Origin: a virus
Reading direction: 5' to 3' (one strand)
IMG/VR virus record: IMGVR_UViG_3300045988_075769
Coordinates: 1 to 58,438 of that record
Length of the DNA stretch: 58,438 bases
Shown here: positions 47,840-58,296 of the stretch, one piece after another
Position numbering within the stretch: the first letter of the stretch is position 1
Layout: the number at the start of each line of letters is the position of its first letter
The notes under the pieces: model-generated
The model's database searches: none
Seen by the model: only the letters and a program-made list of their open reading frames with translations
Told to the model about the DNA's origin: nothing
Position numbers and translations under genes: made by a program

Positions 47840-50800
47840 TGTTGATATTACAAGCTTATCCGTAGAAATCTCTGCGGAATCGCAGGGCGCAGAGCTTAAT
47901 ATCGACAAGCTCACTACCGCCATTTCTAATTTGCGGACAAAAGGCAGTGTTGGCAAGGTCTGTACAAGCCTTGATAAGCTGTCTAGTTCCATTTCCGCGC
48001 TGAAACAAGCGTCTGTCGGTATTTCCGGTCTGGATAAAGTCACAAACTTCCTGAATGGCATCTCTTCTGTCAACACAACCGCTGGCGTGAAGGGCGTTAA
48101 CTCTGTTGTAAATGCCATCAAGAAAATTCCAAACGCGGTATCTGCTCTGAACGGCGTGGACTTCTATTCTATGTCCGGTAGCATCACGCAGCTGACGAAT
48201 GCTCTTGCACCCCTGTCCATTTTGGACATTTCCGGCTTGAAATCGCTTGGCAGCGCGTTCAAGGCAATTGGCACCGTGCCAGACCTTACCGACAAGCTAA
48301 AAGCGGCAGACCTTGATTCTTTCGCGGATTCTTGCCAGAAAATATCCACCGCTCTCACTCCCCTTGCATCTCAGCTTGACAAAGTAGGCAACGCCTTTGC
48401 AAAGCTGCCGCCCCAGTTGAGCAAAGTGGTCACGCAGGCAAACCGTGTGACAGCTGCAAACGAACGGCAGAAAAAAAGCTTCATGAGCCTTACCAGTCAG
48501 CTGAACGGCTTCATGCGGTCTGCGGCAAAGCTGGTTTCGCTGAAAGCCATTGCAACCTATCTTGGAAACGCAGCGGAGAAGTTCAACAGCTACTATGAAG
48601 CCGCAAACCTGTTCGGCGTGTCCATGAAGGAGCTGACCGGAGAAGCAAGCACGTTCATCAACAAGATGGAGACCCTGCTTGGCATCGACCCCACCGAAGC
48701 CATGAACAACATGGCGACGATTCAAGGTCTGACCACCTCGTTTGGTATGGCAAGCGACAAGGCGTATGTGTTGTCAAAGAACCTGACGCAGCTTGGCTAT
48801 GACCTTGCTTCTTTGAAGAATATCCCTGTTGCGGAATCCTTTACGAAGATTCAGGCGGCTATCTCTGGCGAATTGGAACCCATTCGCCGTCTGGGCGTCG
48901 ATATTTCTAACGCACGGTTGCAGCAAGAATTGCTCAATCTTGGCTATTCGCAGAGCGTTTCTACCCTGTCTCAGGCTGATAAGGCTGTTCTGCGGTACAT
49001 TGCCATCATGAAGCAGACCACCGATGCACAGGGAGACTTTGCCCGCACTCTGTCCAGCCCTGCCAATATGATTCGCATTTTGCAGGCACAGCTGAACAGT
49101 CTGGCGCGTGCCGTTGGTTCTTTGCTCTACCCCGCCCTAAAATCTATCCTTCCACCGCTGATCGCAGCCGTTGAGCTAGTTAAAGAGCTAGTCACTGGCA
49201 TTGCATCCATGATGGGCGTGAAGGTGGAGTTCCCCGATTTTAGTAGCGCAAGCGATGCTGTTGGCGGCGTCACGGATGCGATGGACAATACCACCAAAGC
49301 GACCGGCAAGGCTGCAAAGGCGTTCAAGAACTACATCATGGGCTTTGATGAACTGAACGTCATCCAGAAGGACAAGGGTTCTTCCGGTGGTTCCGGCTCT
49401 GGTGCTGGCGCTGCTGGCAACCTCTTAGGCGATGTAGACTTGTCCGGTTATGATATGTTCAAGAACTACGTTGGTTCTTCCGTTGATGAAATCAAGGCAA
49501 AACTTGAAAAGCTGCTTCCGCTTGTCTCTGGAATTGCAGCCGGTTTTGCAACATGGGCAATTAGCAATGCCGTCCTTACTGCTCTTGAGAAAATCAAAGG
49601 TGAAGGGTCTTTGATTGAAGCGGTCTTGAAACTTTGGAAAAACCCGATAATGGCAGCTGCGGTTGCCGTTGGCATTATCGTTGCAAGATTTGTAAGCCTT
49701 TATCAGAATAGCGAAAAATTCCGAAAAGGTCTTGAGCGTGTAAGGGCTCTTGTCTACCTCGCAGCAGAAGGATTCAAACAGGGCTGGAACATATCGCTTG
49801 CCGATGGGAAACTCGGAGAATCCATTGAATACCTGAAAGAATCTCTTTCCAATCTTGGGCAATCTATCCTGAATTTGCTCCCCGAAAGCTGGCAGGAAGG
49901 AATCACTTCCGCGTTCGATTCCATTTCAAAAGTTGTGAAAAAACTCAACCTTGACGTTTGGGATTTAGTTACAACGCTTGCTGGTATCGGACTTATCGTA
50001 TCCGGTCATCCTGTTGCGGGTCTTGCGGTTATAGGCTTTGAAGCTATTTCCGTAGCCGTTCGCGGACTTGGAAGCGAAAACCAAAAAACAGCTTTCGGAA
50101 TGGAAACCGACTGGTTCAATTCCTTCAAGTCTATTGGCGAAAGCGTTGCAAACTTTGCGGCTGCTGCCGTTACCGCGATTGGGAACATCATTAACGATAT
50201 TGCAATCTTTGTTGGTTGGATTAAAAACGGAGTTTCCGAAACAGACCGCTTGGATTTGCAGATGAACGGCAACTTCATCGAAAATTTTGTAATGGGCATC
50301 GCCCAAACAATCCACAATATAGGCGTTTTTGTTGGTTGGATCACAAGCGGCGTTGATGAAGCTGACCGGTTGGCAATTGCAGCGAACGGAAATTTTGCAG
50401 AAAAGTTTATTCTTCTGATTGCTGATGTTATCAACGGAATCAAAGAAGCCGTAAAATGGTTCGGGAAGTTAATCGAAAAAATCTCCAAGTTCAATCCTGT
50501 TAGCGTTGGCAAAAACATCATAGATGGCATCACAAAAGGCATTGTTGGCAAAAAAAACGTTGCAGATGATGCTGTCAAGGTTGTAACGGACGGAATCAAA
50601 GAAAAAGCACAGACTGAACTTGAAATCCACTCCCCTTCCAAAGTCTTTAAGGGCTACGGTGGTTACATCGTAGAAGGTCTTGCCAACGGCATCTCCGCTG
50701 CCAAAGACCTTGCGGTAAACGCTATCCAGTCCGTGTCTGACGCGGTAAAGACCATCGGCTCTCAGCTGGCAGATGAGAACTACGGATTGGGCAATGGTTC

Positions 50801-52055
50801 TATCAGTTTTTCCATTGATGCAAGCGGTAAGTCCATGATGGAAACCGCAAACGCACTGAAACGTTCTGTGCGCACCACCAATGATAGCTTTGGTGGCTGG
50901 TTCAAGAAGGTAAAGACCGACCTGAACGATTTCACAGAGGGCATTGACGCTGTGACTAAGGCGGGCAAGGATATCTCCAACGGCTTCAAATCTTCTATTG
51001 ACGCCCTTACCGCTGCATCAAAGTCCATCCTGAACACGCATGATGGTTTTGTGAGCGCGGTTTATGATATCCGGTCTTTTGTAAAGACGAGCGTTGCGGA
51101 GATTGAAAACGAGTACCAGTACAACGGCTTCTTTGGTGCTGCCGGTCTTGCCATCCAAAAGGCGTTTGAGGGTATCTACCTTGTCTTTACTAAGGTTTCT
51201 ACTGCCATCAAGAACGTGTCTGACACCATCGACAGCGTGAAGAACGTCATTACCACCTTTAATGCTCTGAAAACCAAAGTTGGTGAGGTCATCGACCAAG
51301 TTCCTCTTTTGAAGCAGGCGTATGGTGGGTTGAAATCCTTCTTCAGCGATTTGTTTGACAAAGACAAAGGCATTGGCAAAATCGTGTCTGACGGCTTCGA
51401 TTACATCTTATCAAAGGGCGCTGCGGTTATAAACTGGCTTAAGGAAAAGCTTGGCATTGGAAGCGCTGGCGCTTCTTCTGCTGGCTCGGCAGGAGCTGAT
51501 GTGTTAGGCACAATTGGAGGTACAGCGGCTTCAAGCGGCGCTTTGTCACATCTTGGCGCATACGGTGGCATAGGAATTGGTGTTGGCCTTGGCGCTGCTG
51601 GTGGCGTCCAGTGGTGGAAGGACATGATAGGCACTTGGAGTGATTCTAACAAGTCTACCGGCACGAAGCTTTTAGAGACCGCGAAGCATACCCTTTGGGA
51701 TTTATCTCCTATTGGCGCACTGTGGAATCTCGGAAAAAGCATCTTCGGCTTTGCGGACGGCGGCTTCCCAGATGCCGGGCAGCTGTTCATTGCGCGCGAG
51801 GCCGGTGCTGAGATGGTCGGCTCTTTGGGTGGCCACACAGCAGTTGCCAACAATGACCAAATCGTTGAGGGCATCCGCGAAGGTGTTGAAGCCGCAATGG
51901 AACGTCAGAACCAGCTTCTGCGCCGTCAGAACGAGCTGTTGCAGGCTCTGCTTGAGAAGGAAGGAAGCGCAGAGGTCAACGTGTCCAGCTTCTATCAGGC
52001 AGTGAACAGAACGAACCAGCGCAACGGCAAAACGATTATCCCGGTAGGTACTTAA
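47832..52055 (+). CDS. Tape measure protein (1,407 aa)
   Basis: Size, position, long helical segments and G/A-rich TM-like stretches. An internal tandem 120-nt repeat lies at 50195-50434. Confidence 0.9.
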   Translation: MADVDITSLSVEISAESQGAELNIDKLTTAISNLRTKGSVGKVCTSLDKLSSSISALKQASVGISGLDKVTNFLNGISSVNTTAGVKGVNSVVNAIKKIPNAVSALNGVDFYSMSGSITQLTNALAPLSILDISGLKSLGSAFKAIGTVPDLTDKLKAADLDSFADSCQKISTALTPLASQLDKVGNAFAKLPPQLSKVVTQANRVTAANERQKKSFMSLTSQLNGFMRSAAKLVSLKAIATYLGNAAEKFNSYYEAANLFGVSMKELTGEASTFINKMETLLGIDPTEAMNNMATIQGLTTSFGMASDKAYVLSKNLTQLGYDLASLKNIPVAESFTKIQAAISGELEPIRRLGVDISNARLQQELLNLGYSQSVSTLSQADKAVLRYIAIMKQTTDAQGDFARTLSSPANMIRILQAQLNSLARAVGSLLYPALKSILPPLIAAVELVKELVTGIASMMGVKVEFPDFSSASDAVGGVTDAMDNTTKATGKAAKAFKNYIMGFDELNVIQKDKGSSGGSGSGAGAAGNLLGDVDLSGYDMFKNYVGSSVDEIKAKLEKLLPLVSGIAAGFATWAISNAVLTALEKIKGEGSLIEAVLKLWKNPIMAAAVAVGIIVARFVSLYQNSEKFRKGLERVRALVYLAAEGFKQGWNISLADGKLGESIEYLKESLSNLGQSILNLLPESWQEGITSAFDSISKVVKKLNLDVWDLVTTLAGIGLIVSGHPVAGLAVIGFEAISVAVRGLGSENQKTAFGMETDWFNSFKSIGESVANFAAAAVTAIGNIINDIAIFVGWIKNGVSETDRLDLQMNGNFIENFVMGIAQTIHNIGVFVGWITSGVDEADRLAIAANGNFAEKFILLIADVINGIKEAVKWFGKLIEKISKFNPVSVGKNIIDGITKGIVGKKNVADDAVKVVTDGIKEKAQTELEIHSPSKVFKGYGGYIVEGLANGISAAKDLAVNAIQSVSDAVKTIGSQLADENYGLGNGSISFSIDASGKSMMETANALKRSVRTTNDSFGGWFKKVKTDLNDFTEGIDAVTKAGKDISNGFKSSIDALTAASKSILNTHDGFVSAVYDIRSFVKTSVAEIENEYQYNGFFGAAGLAIQKAFEGIYLVFTKVSTAIKNVSDTIDSVKNVITTFNALKTKVGEVIDQVPLLKQAYGGLKSFFSDLFDKDKGIGKIVSDGFDYILSKGAAVINWLKEKLGIGSAGASSAGSAGADVLGTIGGTAASSGALSHLGAYGGIGIGVGLGAAGGVQWWKDMIGTWSDSNKSTGTKLLETAKHTLWDLSPIGALWNLGKSIFGFADGGFPDAGQLFIAREAGAEMVGSLGGHTAVANNDQIVEGIREGVEAAMERQNQLLRRQNELLQALLEKEGSAEVNVSSFYQAVNRTNQRNGKTIIPVGT

Positions 52056-52068
52056 AGGAGGGGCATTT

Positions 52069-52446
52069 ATGGAGTTTGACCAGTACAATCCGATTCGGAG
52101 CGTGGATGGGCAGTATCTTAAATGCCCCTCTTCTTATCAGTGGCGGTTACAGGACATTTCAGCATCCGATGCCGGACGCACAGAGGACAACAAGATGGAC
52201 AAGAAACGTCTTGGACAGTGCGTCAAGCTGGAACTGGAATGGAAGTACACCACGATAAAAGAAGCCGCTATTATCCTGAAAGCGTTCAACCCGGAGTACA
52301 TCAACGTTACCTATCTTGACGCAATGGCTGGCGATTGGAAAACCAGCGAGTTCTACGTTGGCGACCGTGCTGTCCCTATGTACAATTCGCGGATGAATCG
52401 CTGGGAAGGGATATCTTTTAACATCATCGAAAGGGCTGCACACTGA
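52069..52446 (+). CDS. Small distal tail protein candidate
   Basis: Called from gene order after the TMP gene. RBS AAAGGAGG. Confidence 0.4.
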   Translation: MEFDQYNPIRSVDGQYLKCPSSYQWRLQDISASDAGRTEDNKMDKKRLGQCVKLELEWKYTTIKEAAIILKAFNPEYINVTYLDAMAGDWKTSEFYVGDRAVPMYNSRMNRWEGISFNIIERAAH

Positions 52447-54461
52447 TGGTCAATGTATCGCAAGATATCATAAAATCCTTCAACGAGGGCAATCAACAGA
52501 CTGCTCTTATTGAGGTTACTTCTGGCAGCAAGACGTTTACCATCACGGAAGCGGATATTATTCAGGGCGGTTTGAAGATTGACCGATACTGCGTGACCAA
52601 CAGTAAAATCGAGGTCGGCTCTGCGGTTGCGTCTGAACTATCCTTGAAACTGCGTAACTACGATGGCAAGTTCAACGATGTTTCCTTTGAGGGCGCTGTC
52701 CTGAACGTTAAAATCGGCATCAAGCTTGCCAGTGTCCTTGATGGCGCAACTCTTGGCAAGGGTGTTCTTGGGCGCATGATTCTTGGTTCTGCATCTTCCG
52801 ATCAAGACGTTGCATACGTTCCTTGTGGTCTGTTCATCGTGGACACGCCGCCCCGCAAGCTGAGCACAATAAGCATCTCCGCACTGGACTACATGGTCTT
52901 GTTCGACCGTGAAGTAAACGCATCTGCTCTCTCCTTCCCTATCCATGTTGACGCGCTTATTCAGAAAATCTGCTCCATCTGCAATGTCACGCTTGCAACG
53001 GATGTTTCGGTGCTGCCAAACCACTATTTCAGCATCGGCGGTCTGCCGGACACAAACCAGAAGCTGACATACCGCCAGCTTTTGCAATGGTGTGCACAGC
53101 TTACCGGCACTTGCGCGTTCATGGATGGCAGCGGACGGCTTGTGCTGAAATGGTATGAGCAGACCGGCGTGACCATTACCGCAAGTGAGCGCTATTCCAG
53201 TGATATGCTGGAAAACGATATCACCATTACCGGCTTCACCTGTGACGATGGCAAGGGCAACACATACCTGTCCGGTACAGCAGATTACACGCTTGACCTA
53301 AGTGACTGCGGTTTCCTGACCAACGCCTACGAGGGTGTCTTGAAGGAATTGCAAGCTGCACGCGGTGGGTTTGCCTACCGCCCATACAGCGCTACCATCA
53401 AATCCGCTCCGTATTTGTTCCCGCTTGACATGATACGCTACAAGGACAAAGACGGCGTTGTGCACGATACCATTGTTACCAACGTCACGCTTGCTTTGAA
53501 CTGCAACACGGCGATTTCCGGCGCTGGCGAAACGGTCACAAGTTCTTCCTACGCGCAGTCTACAAGCGGTGTTACAAGCCAACAGGCGGCAACGGACAGG
53601 GCAAACCTCGAAAAGATAAACCAGAACGCCACGCAGACGAACCAGACCAAGAACGACTTGGTGCAGTTCAAGACGCAATATTCTTCTGATTTTGAAAAGA
53701 CGCAAGCTGCCATTGAATCCCGCGTCACGAAGGAAACGTACCAAACTGACATGGCTGGCGTTTCTACGCGTATCGGTGCAGCGGAAACAAAGATTTCTCA
53801 AAACGCTGATGCTATTACTCTGCGCGCAACAAAAGAAGAGCTTTATAGCATGATAACGTTTACTCCTGAAAATGGGTTGGTCGTCACTCGTAGCGACTGG
53901 GAAGGCAAAGTTCAAATCACCGGTCAAAACGTACAAGTCATTCGCGGAAACAATAAAGTTGTTATAAACGACAATGGCATAGACATAACGAATGCCTATG
54001 GAAGTGTTTCTATATACAGCGATGGCATATCTTTTCATGGCATTCGCAACAGTAAGATTTTTGAATGGCCTTATCAAAAGGATTCTTATGGCAACCAAAT
54101 AGGAGAATTTACTGCACAAACAACAAAAATCGACCTTTCTTCCTACTCGTCTGTAATGCTGGTCTATGACACGCATAAAGACGGAACATGGTTCGCAAAT
54201 GGCGGCAGCGCTGGCAGGCTTACGGTCATTCTTCCTGTTAATGGGCAGACGTACTCCTATGCGTATCCATGGAATACGGTACACTGGCGAGAGGTAACAG
54301 TATCATATAATGGCATCACTTTTGGAGATGGAAATGAGAGAACGTCCGACTATAAAAATAACGTTATAACTGGCGTGATACATTTGGAAGTTCCTATTTC
54401 TGATGGTGTTAAGAAAAACGATAAGGTTTGCCGCCCGTTGGAACTATACGGCTTTATGTAA
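52446..54461 (+). CDS. Tail tip/baseplate protein
   Basis: 671 aa, immediately after the distal tail gene. Confidence 0.55.
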   Translation: MVNVSQDIIKSFNEGNQQTALIEVTSGSKTFTITEADIIQGGLKIDRYCVTNSKIEVGSAVASELSLKLRNYDGKFNDVSFEGAVLNVKIGIKLASVLDGATLGKGVLGRMILGSASSDQDVAYVPCGLFIVDTPPRKLSTISISALDYMVLFDREVNASALSFPIHVDALIQKICSICNVTLATDVSVLPNHYFSIGGLPDTNQKLTYRQLLQWCAQLTGTCAFMDGSGRLVLKWYEQTGVTITASERYSSDMLENDITITGFTCDDGKGNTYLSGTADYTLDLSDCGFLTNAYEGVLKELQAARGGFAYRPYSATIKSAPYLFPLDMIRYKDKDGVVHDTIVTNVTLALNCNTAISGAGETVTSSSYAQSTSGVTSQQAATDRANLEKINQNATQTNQTKNDLVQFKTQYSSDFEKTQAAIESRVTKETYQTDMAGVSTRIGAAETKISQNADAITLRATKEELYSMITFTPENGLVVTRSDWEGKVQITGQNVQVIRGNNKVVINDNGIDITNAYGSVSIYSDGISFHGIRNSKIFEWPYQKDSYGNQIGEFTAQTTKIDLSSYSSVMLVYDTHKDGTWFANGGSAGRLTVILPVNGQTYSYAYPWNTVHWREVTVSYNGITFGDGNERTSDYKNNVITGVIHLEVPISDGVKKNDKVCRPLELYGFM

Positions 54462-54469
54462 GGAGAACT

Positions 54470-54748
54470 ATGAAACACTTTAAATTCAAGTGCAGGGTCT
54501 GCTCTGATGGGCGGCTGTATGCAGGCGGCTGGTGCCACGAAAGCGTTATTCCAAACCCGCTGCCGCCTGATGAGATTTTGTTTGATGACCTGTCAGGGAT
54601 GACAGAAGGGTTTTATACAGACTATTTGTGGGATGGAAGCAATTTGATATACAGTCCCGCGCCAACAGTCGATGAACCTACTGATACCAAAACAGAAACG
54701 GTTTTTACACAAACCAATGAAAATGAAGAGGAGGTAACTTATCAATGA
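54470..54748 (+). CDS. Hypothetical tail-associated protein (92 aa)
   Basis: RBS AAGGAGAA. Confidence 0.45.
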   Translation: MKHFKFKCRVCSDGRLYAGGWCHESVIPNPLPPDEILFDDLSGMTEGFYTDYLWDGSNLIYSPAPTVDEPTDTKTETVFTQTNENEEEVTYQ

Positions 54749-55296
54749 GCTATCAAAAGCAAAACTTTGCAAACGGCGAAGTGCTTACCGCTCCGCAGCT
54801 AAACCACATTGAGGATGGCATTGTTGACCTTGAATCTGCTGTCAATGAAAACAAAGGTGTTGTCGATAAAATCATCGACCCCACCCTCTCCCTCTCCGGC
54901 AAGGCGGCGGATGCAAAGGCGACTGGTGACGCGATCCGTGGCGTAAGGGATGACCTTACCGCCGAGACCGCTCGCGCACAGGCAGCGGAAAAGGCCAACG
55001 CCGACAGCATCGCGGCTGAGGTCGAGCGCGCACAAGCCGCCGAAAGCGCTCTGTCCACTAAAATCACGGAGGAGACGGAGCGGGCAAAGGCTGCAGAACA
55101 GGCGAACGCGGACGGGATTGCCGCTGAAGCATTCCGCGCCAAGGGCGAGGAGCAGCGCTTGGACACTGCCATTACCGCCGAAAAGACCCGCGCGGAACAG
55201 GCAGAGCAGGCGCTGGATACGCGCACCGCAGCCCTCGAATCCTGCGGATTTGTCGTTGTAGACGGCAAAATCTGCGTAAAATACGTCAAACGTTGA
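54745..55296 (+). CDS. Tail fibre coiled-coil protein
   Basis: N-terminal LTAPQLNHIEDGI, with repeated ERAQAAE/ERAKAAE heptads. Confidence 0.55.
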   Translation: MSYQKQNFANGEVLTAPQLNHIEDGIVDLESAVNENKGVVDKIIDPTLSLSGKAADAKATGDAIRGVRDDLTAETARAQAAEKANADSIAAEVERAQAAESALSTKITEETERAKAAEQANADGIAAEAFRAKGEEQRLDTAITAEKTRAEQAEQALDTRTAALESCGFVVVDGKICVKYVKR

Positions 55297-55310
55297 AAGG
55301 AGCAAAACAC

Positions 55311-56591
55311 ATGGCTGATAACATTGAGACTGTAGCTGCAGCGGGAACTCTCGTAACCGAGCCCCCCTATCTGGACAAGACCGCAAAAGACAACGGCAGA
55401 AAGCTTGACCAGATGACCGCCGCCCTGCTGGGTATGTCCAGCTCGCTAGGCGTGATCGCGCAGGCACAGACCGGCGTGGTGGAAGAGATGGACTATAACG
55501 GCATCAAGGCCGTGGTGGCTGCCGGTAACGCACCGGCAGTTTTCCCGGTTGGCACCCAGCTTGTCAACACCTACACCGGCAAGGACGGCAAATCCTACGA
55601 CTGCCCTTGGGATGTGGTGCAGCCGGACGATACCGCAGAGGGTGAGACCGGCACCACCGCACCCGCAATGGTGCTGCAGATGCACTACGCATCTCTGGAA
55701 GATATCCAGTTTTCTGCATATCAGGCTTTTTATGTGGTGCAAGAATCCGGCCTTGCTGCTGGTACCTACAACGTCAAGATGGGCTTAGACTGGGGCACCA
55801 ACGTCAAGAACGGCACCGTCTACCAGTTTACCCTGACCAAGAACGCCCCCGCAGGCGCACGCCTGACCGGCTTCTACAACGCCCCGGATACCGCACCCAC
55901 CAGCTGGAAGGTGTACGTCTACAAAGACCAAAACAAGAGCGAGCTGCTGGAAACCTGCAACGTCTCTGCTGGCAGCGCGGGTATGAATCTCGGCACGTTC
56001 CTCGCAAAGCCCAACGGCAAGCTGAACGGCTTGCATCCGGTTAGCTGCGGCGACAACCGGTGGTATAAGTCCGCATACCGCCAGTACCTCAATAGCGACC
56101 TGCCCGCAAAAGAGTGGTGGACTCCGCAGGACGAGTGGGACATGAAGCCCGATCAGGCAGACACCGTGCCCGGCTTCCTCGCGGGCTTCTCCGATGACTT
56201 CAAAAATGCCCTGTCCCGCGTGAAAGTCGTGACCTACGGCAACAGCGTCACCGATGACGGCAGCGCCGTTGTAACCTATGACAAGGTTTTCCTGCCCTCC
56301 CTGCAGGAGATCTATTGCAGCCCGCAGGTGTCCGGTGAGGGCACCTATTGGCCCTACTGGAAGGAACGCACCGGCGCAAAGACCCCGCAGGCCCTGTTGG
56401 AGGCCTATCCCCTGCGCATTACCCGCGATCTGGCACAGCGTACTGTGGGCCGCAATGTGCAGCTGCGCTCTGCGCTTCGTGGCAACGGCTGCCACGCTTT
56501 CTACGTCAACGGTTCCGGCGATGTGTACAGCTGGTACGCGATCAGCGCGCACCGCAGCGCCCCGGCTTGCGAAATGACTACGTTAGGCTAA
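55311..56591 (+). CDS. Receptor-binding tail fibre tip candidate
   Basis: ATG at 55311 follows GAAAGGAG. 426 aa in the last structural position. Confidence 0.45.
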   Translation: MADNIETVAAAGTLVTEPPYLDKTAKDNGRKLDQMTAALLGMSSSLGVIAQAQTGVVEEMDYNGIKAVVAAGNAPAVFPVGTQLVNTYTGKDGKSYDCPWDVVQPDDTAEGETGTTAPAMVLQMHYASLEDIQFSAYQAFYVVQESGLAAGTYNVKMGLDWGTNVKNGTVYQFTLTKNAPAGARLTGFYNAPDTAPTSWKVYVYKDQNKSELLETCNVSAGSAGMNLGTFLAKPNGKLNGLHPVSCGDNRWYKSAYRQYLNSDLPAKEWWTPQDEWDMKPDQADTVPGFLAGFSDDFKNALSRVKVVTYGNSVTDDGSAVVTYDKVFLPSLQEIYCSPQVSGEGTYWPYWKERTGAKTPQALLEAYPLRITRDLAQRTVGRNVQLRSALRGNGCHAFYVNGSGDVYSWYAISAHRSAPACEMTTLG

Positions 56592-56601
56592 GGAGGATTC
56601 T

Positions 56602-56763
56602 ATGGAAATTATTCACAACACCGGAAGCATCAAGGCCCGGCAGGAAGAAGAAAACCGCGCGGCAGACCTTGCCAACGCCGTAGCAAAGGTGGAGTTTCTC
56701 TGCCTGTTGGAGGGCGTTCCGGTAGAGGATACCGCAGAACAGGAGGGCGCATACCATGACTGA
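56602..56763 (+). CDS. Hypothetical micro-protein (53 aa)
   Basis: Translated by hand. RBS AAGGAGGA. Confidence 0.45.
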   Translation: MEIIHNTGSIKARQEEENRAADLANAVAKVEFLCLLEGVPVEDTAEQEGAYHD

Positions 56764-56902
56764 TCGCAGCAACGGCTACTATATGGCAAAGAAAAACTAC
56801 GAAAACGGGATGTGGAGCAAAGCTATGCTGCAAATGCTGGTAGCCCGCGACCGCCTGACCGCAGCGGAATATGAGGAAATAACGGGGGAAGTGTATGCCT
56901 AA
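56756..56902 (+). CDS. XkdX-like small protein (48 aa)
   Basis: Translated by hand: MTDRSNGYYMAKKNYENGMWSKAMLQMLVARDRLTAAEYEEITGEVYA. This follows the XkdX pattern. Confidence 0.5.
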   Translation: MTDRSNGYYMAKKNYENGMWSKAMLQMLVARDRLTAAEYEEITGEVYA

Positions 56903-57575
56903 TATCATTATGGACGTTTCACGCTGGCAGAAGCGCATCGACTGGGATGCGGTCAAGGCAAGCGGGCTTGTCTCCGGCGTGATGCTGCGGGCACTGGGCA
57001 ACAGCTCCAAAGACGCACCCAGCAAGCCGTACATTGACCCTACCTTTGAGCGCAACTATGCCGCGTGCCAGCGGCTTGGCATCCCCTGCGGCGTGTACTA
57101 CTACTGCAAGGCGGTCAACGTGGCAGAGGCTGACGCAGAGCTTGCCCTGCTGCGCCAGATGCTGACCGGCAAAACGGTGCAGCTTCCTGTGGCGGTGGAC
57201 ATTGAGGACACCTATGTGCAAGCGCCGCTCGACAAGCAGACCCTGACCGACATTGCAGCGCATGCGCTGGCGGCTATCGAGCAGATGGGCTTTTACGCCA
57301 TGCTGTACACCGGTTTGTACTTTGGCCGTGATAACCTGTACATGACCGGCGCGGCGCTGAAAAAGTACGATGTGTGGCTTGCAGCCTACCGCAGCAAAAA
57401 GCCTGCACCGGACTGGCCGTTCGGCTTGTGGCAGTACACCAGCAAGGGCAAGATTCCCGGTGTTGTGGACGCGATACCGGGCAAGATTTCCGGCGTGGAC
57501 TTGTCTGTGCCCTACAAGGACTATGCAAAAATCATTGCAAAGAAGGGTCTGACCCGTCTCCGGGAGGGCGCATGA
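56895..57575 (+). CDS. Endolysin, GH25 muramidase
   Basis: IIMDVSRWQKRIDWDAVK, LPVAVDIED and FGLWQYTSKGKIPG...VDLS are typical of Glyco_hydro_25. Confidence 0.85.
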   Translation: MPNIIMDVSRWQKRIDWDAVKASGLVSGVMLRALGNSSKDAPSKPYIDPTFERNYAACQRLGIPCGVYYYCKAVNVAEADAELALLRQMLTGKTVQLPVAVDIEDTYVQAPLDKQTLTDIAAHALAAIEQMGFYAMLYTGLYFGRDNLYMTGAALKKYDVWLAAYRSKKPAPDWPFGLWQYTSKGKIPGVVDAIPGKISGVDLSVPYKDYAKIIAKKGLTRLREGA

Positions 57576-57964
57576 GCGAAAAACAAGCTCTTATCTGGGT
57601 GCTGGGCATCCTTGGCAGTGTGTGCGCTGCAGCGATCACGCTGGACAAGGTGCTGGACATCATCCACAAGTACATCAAAAAGGCACAAGCGCCGGACGCA
57701 GCACAGGACAAGCGTCTTGACGAGATGGAAAGGCGCATCGGTGCACTGGAACAGGGACAGCTGCAGCATGGTGCTGCCCTGACCCGCGACCTTGGGCGAT
57801 TTGGAGAAATTGACGAGGTGAACCGCCTGACGCTTGAAGCCGTCCGCGCCCTGCTGGAATCGCAGCTGACCGGAAACAACGTTGCAGCCATGCAAGCCAG
57901 CAAAGCGAAAATCGACAACTATTTAATGGAAGGGGTAACCAAACATGGAAACACTAGTAACTAA
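57572..57964 (+). CDS. Holin-like protein (N-terminal TM plus coiled coil)
   Basis: ATGA overlap with the endolysin stop. The TM stretch is LIWVLGILGSVCAAAITL. Confidence 0.45.
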   Translation: MSEKQALIWVLGILGSVCAAAITLDKVLDIIHKYIKKAQAPDAAQDKRLDEMERRIGALEQGQLQHGAALTRDLGRFGEIDEVNRLTLEAVRALLESQLTGNNVAAMQASKAKIDNYLMEGVTKHGNTSN

Positions 57965-58286
57965 GCTTTTGTCTGTTCTTCCCGCATGGGCGGCGCTGCT
58001 GCTCATGCTGGGCGGGTTCGTTTTCTACGCCTTGGGCGGCATCCGTCTGGGCTACGGCGCAGCGGTCAAGACGCTTGTGCTTAACCTTATCGACCAAGCG
58101 GAGCGGGAGATTCAGGGCACCAAGCGCGGCGCAGAGCGCAAGGCATGGTGCGTCAGGATGCTGCGCACCTACTTGAACAACAGCCGGTGGGGCAAGCTGG
58201 TAAGCTGGGCAATCACGGAAGAGACCATGAGCAAGGTCATCCAATTTTTCTTTGACAGGGCAAGAGCAGCCCTGCAAAAGCAGTAA
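57945..58286 (+). CDS. Holin (LL-H-like)
   Basis: N-terminal TM PAWAALLLMLGGFVFYALGG, followed by an ...AEREIQGTKRGAERKAW pattern. Confidence 0.5.
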   Translation: METLVTKLLSVLPAWAALLLMLGGFVFYALGGIRLGYGAAVKTLVLNLIDQAEREIQGTKRGAERKAWCVRMLRTYLNNSRWGKLVSWAITEETMSKVIQFFFDRARAALQKQ

Positions 58287-58296
58287 GGAGGATATC

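Noticed and set aside
53298-56552. Several long minus-strand ORFs (328, 185, 222 and 255 aa) opposite the tail tip and fibre genes
   Set aside because: All are antisense to the co-linear late operon. The fibre region is GC- and repeat-rich, which keeps the antisense frames open.
55311-56591. Diversity-generating retroelement target in the fibre-tip C-terminus
   Set aside because: I found no reverse transcriptase gene and no template/variable repeat pair anywhere in the window.
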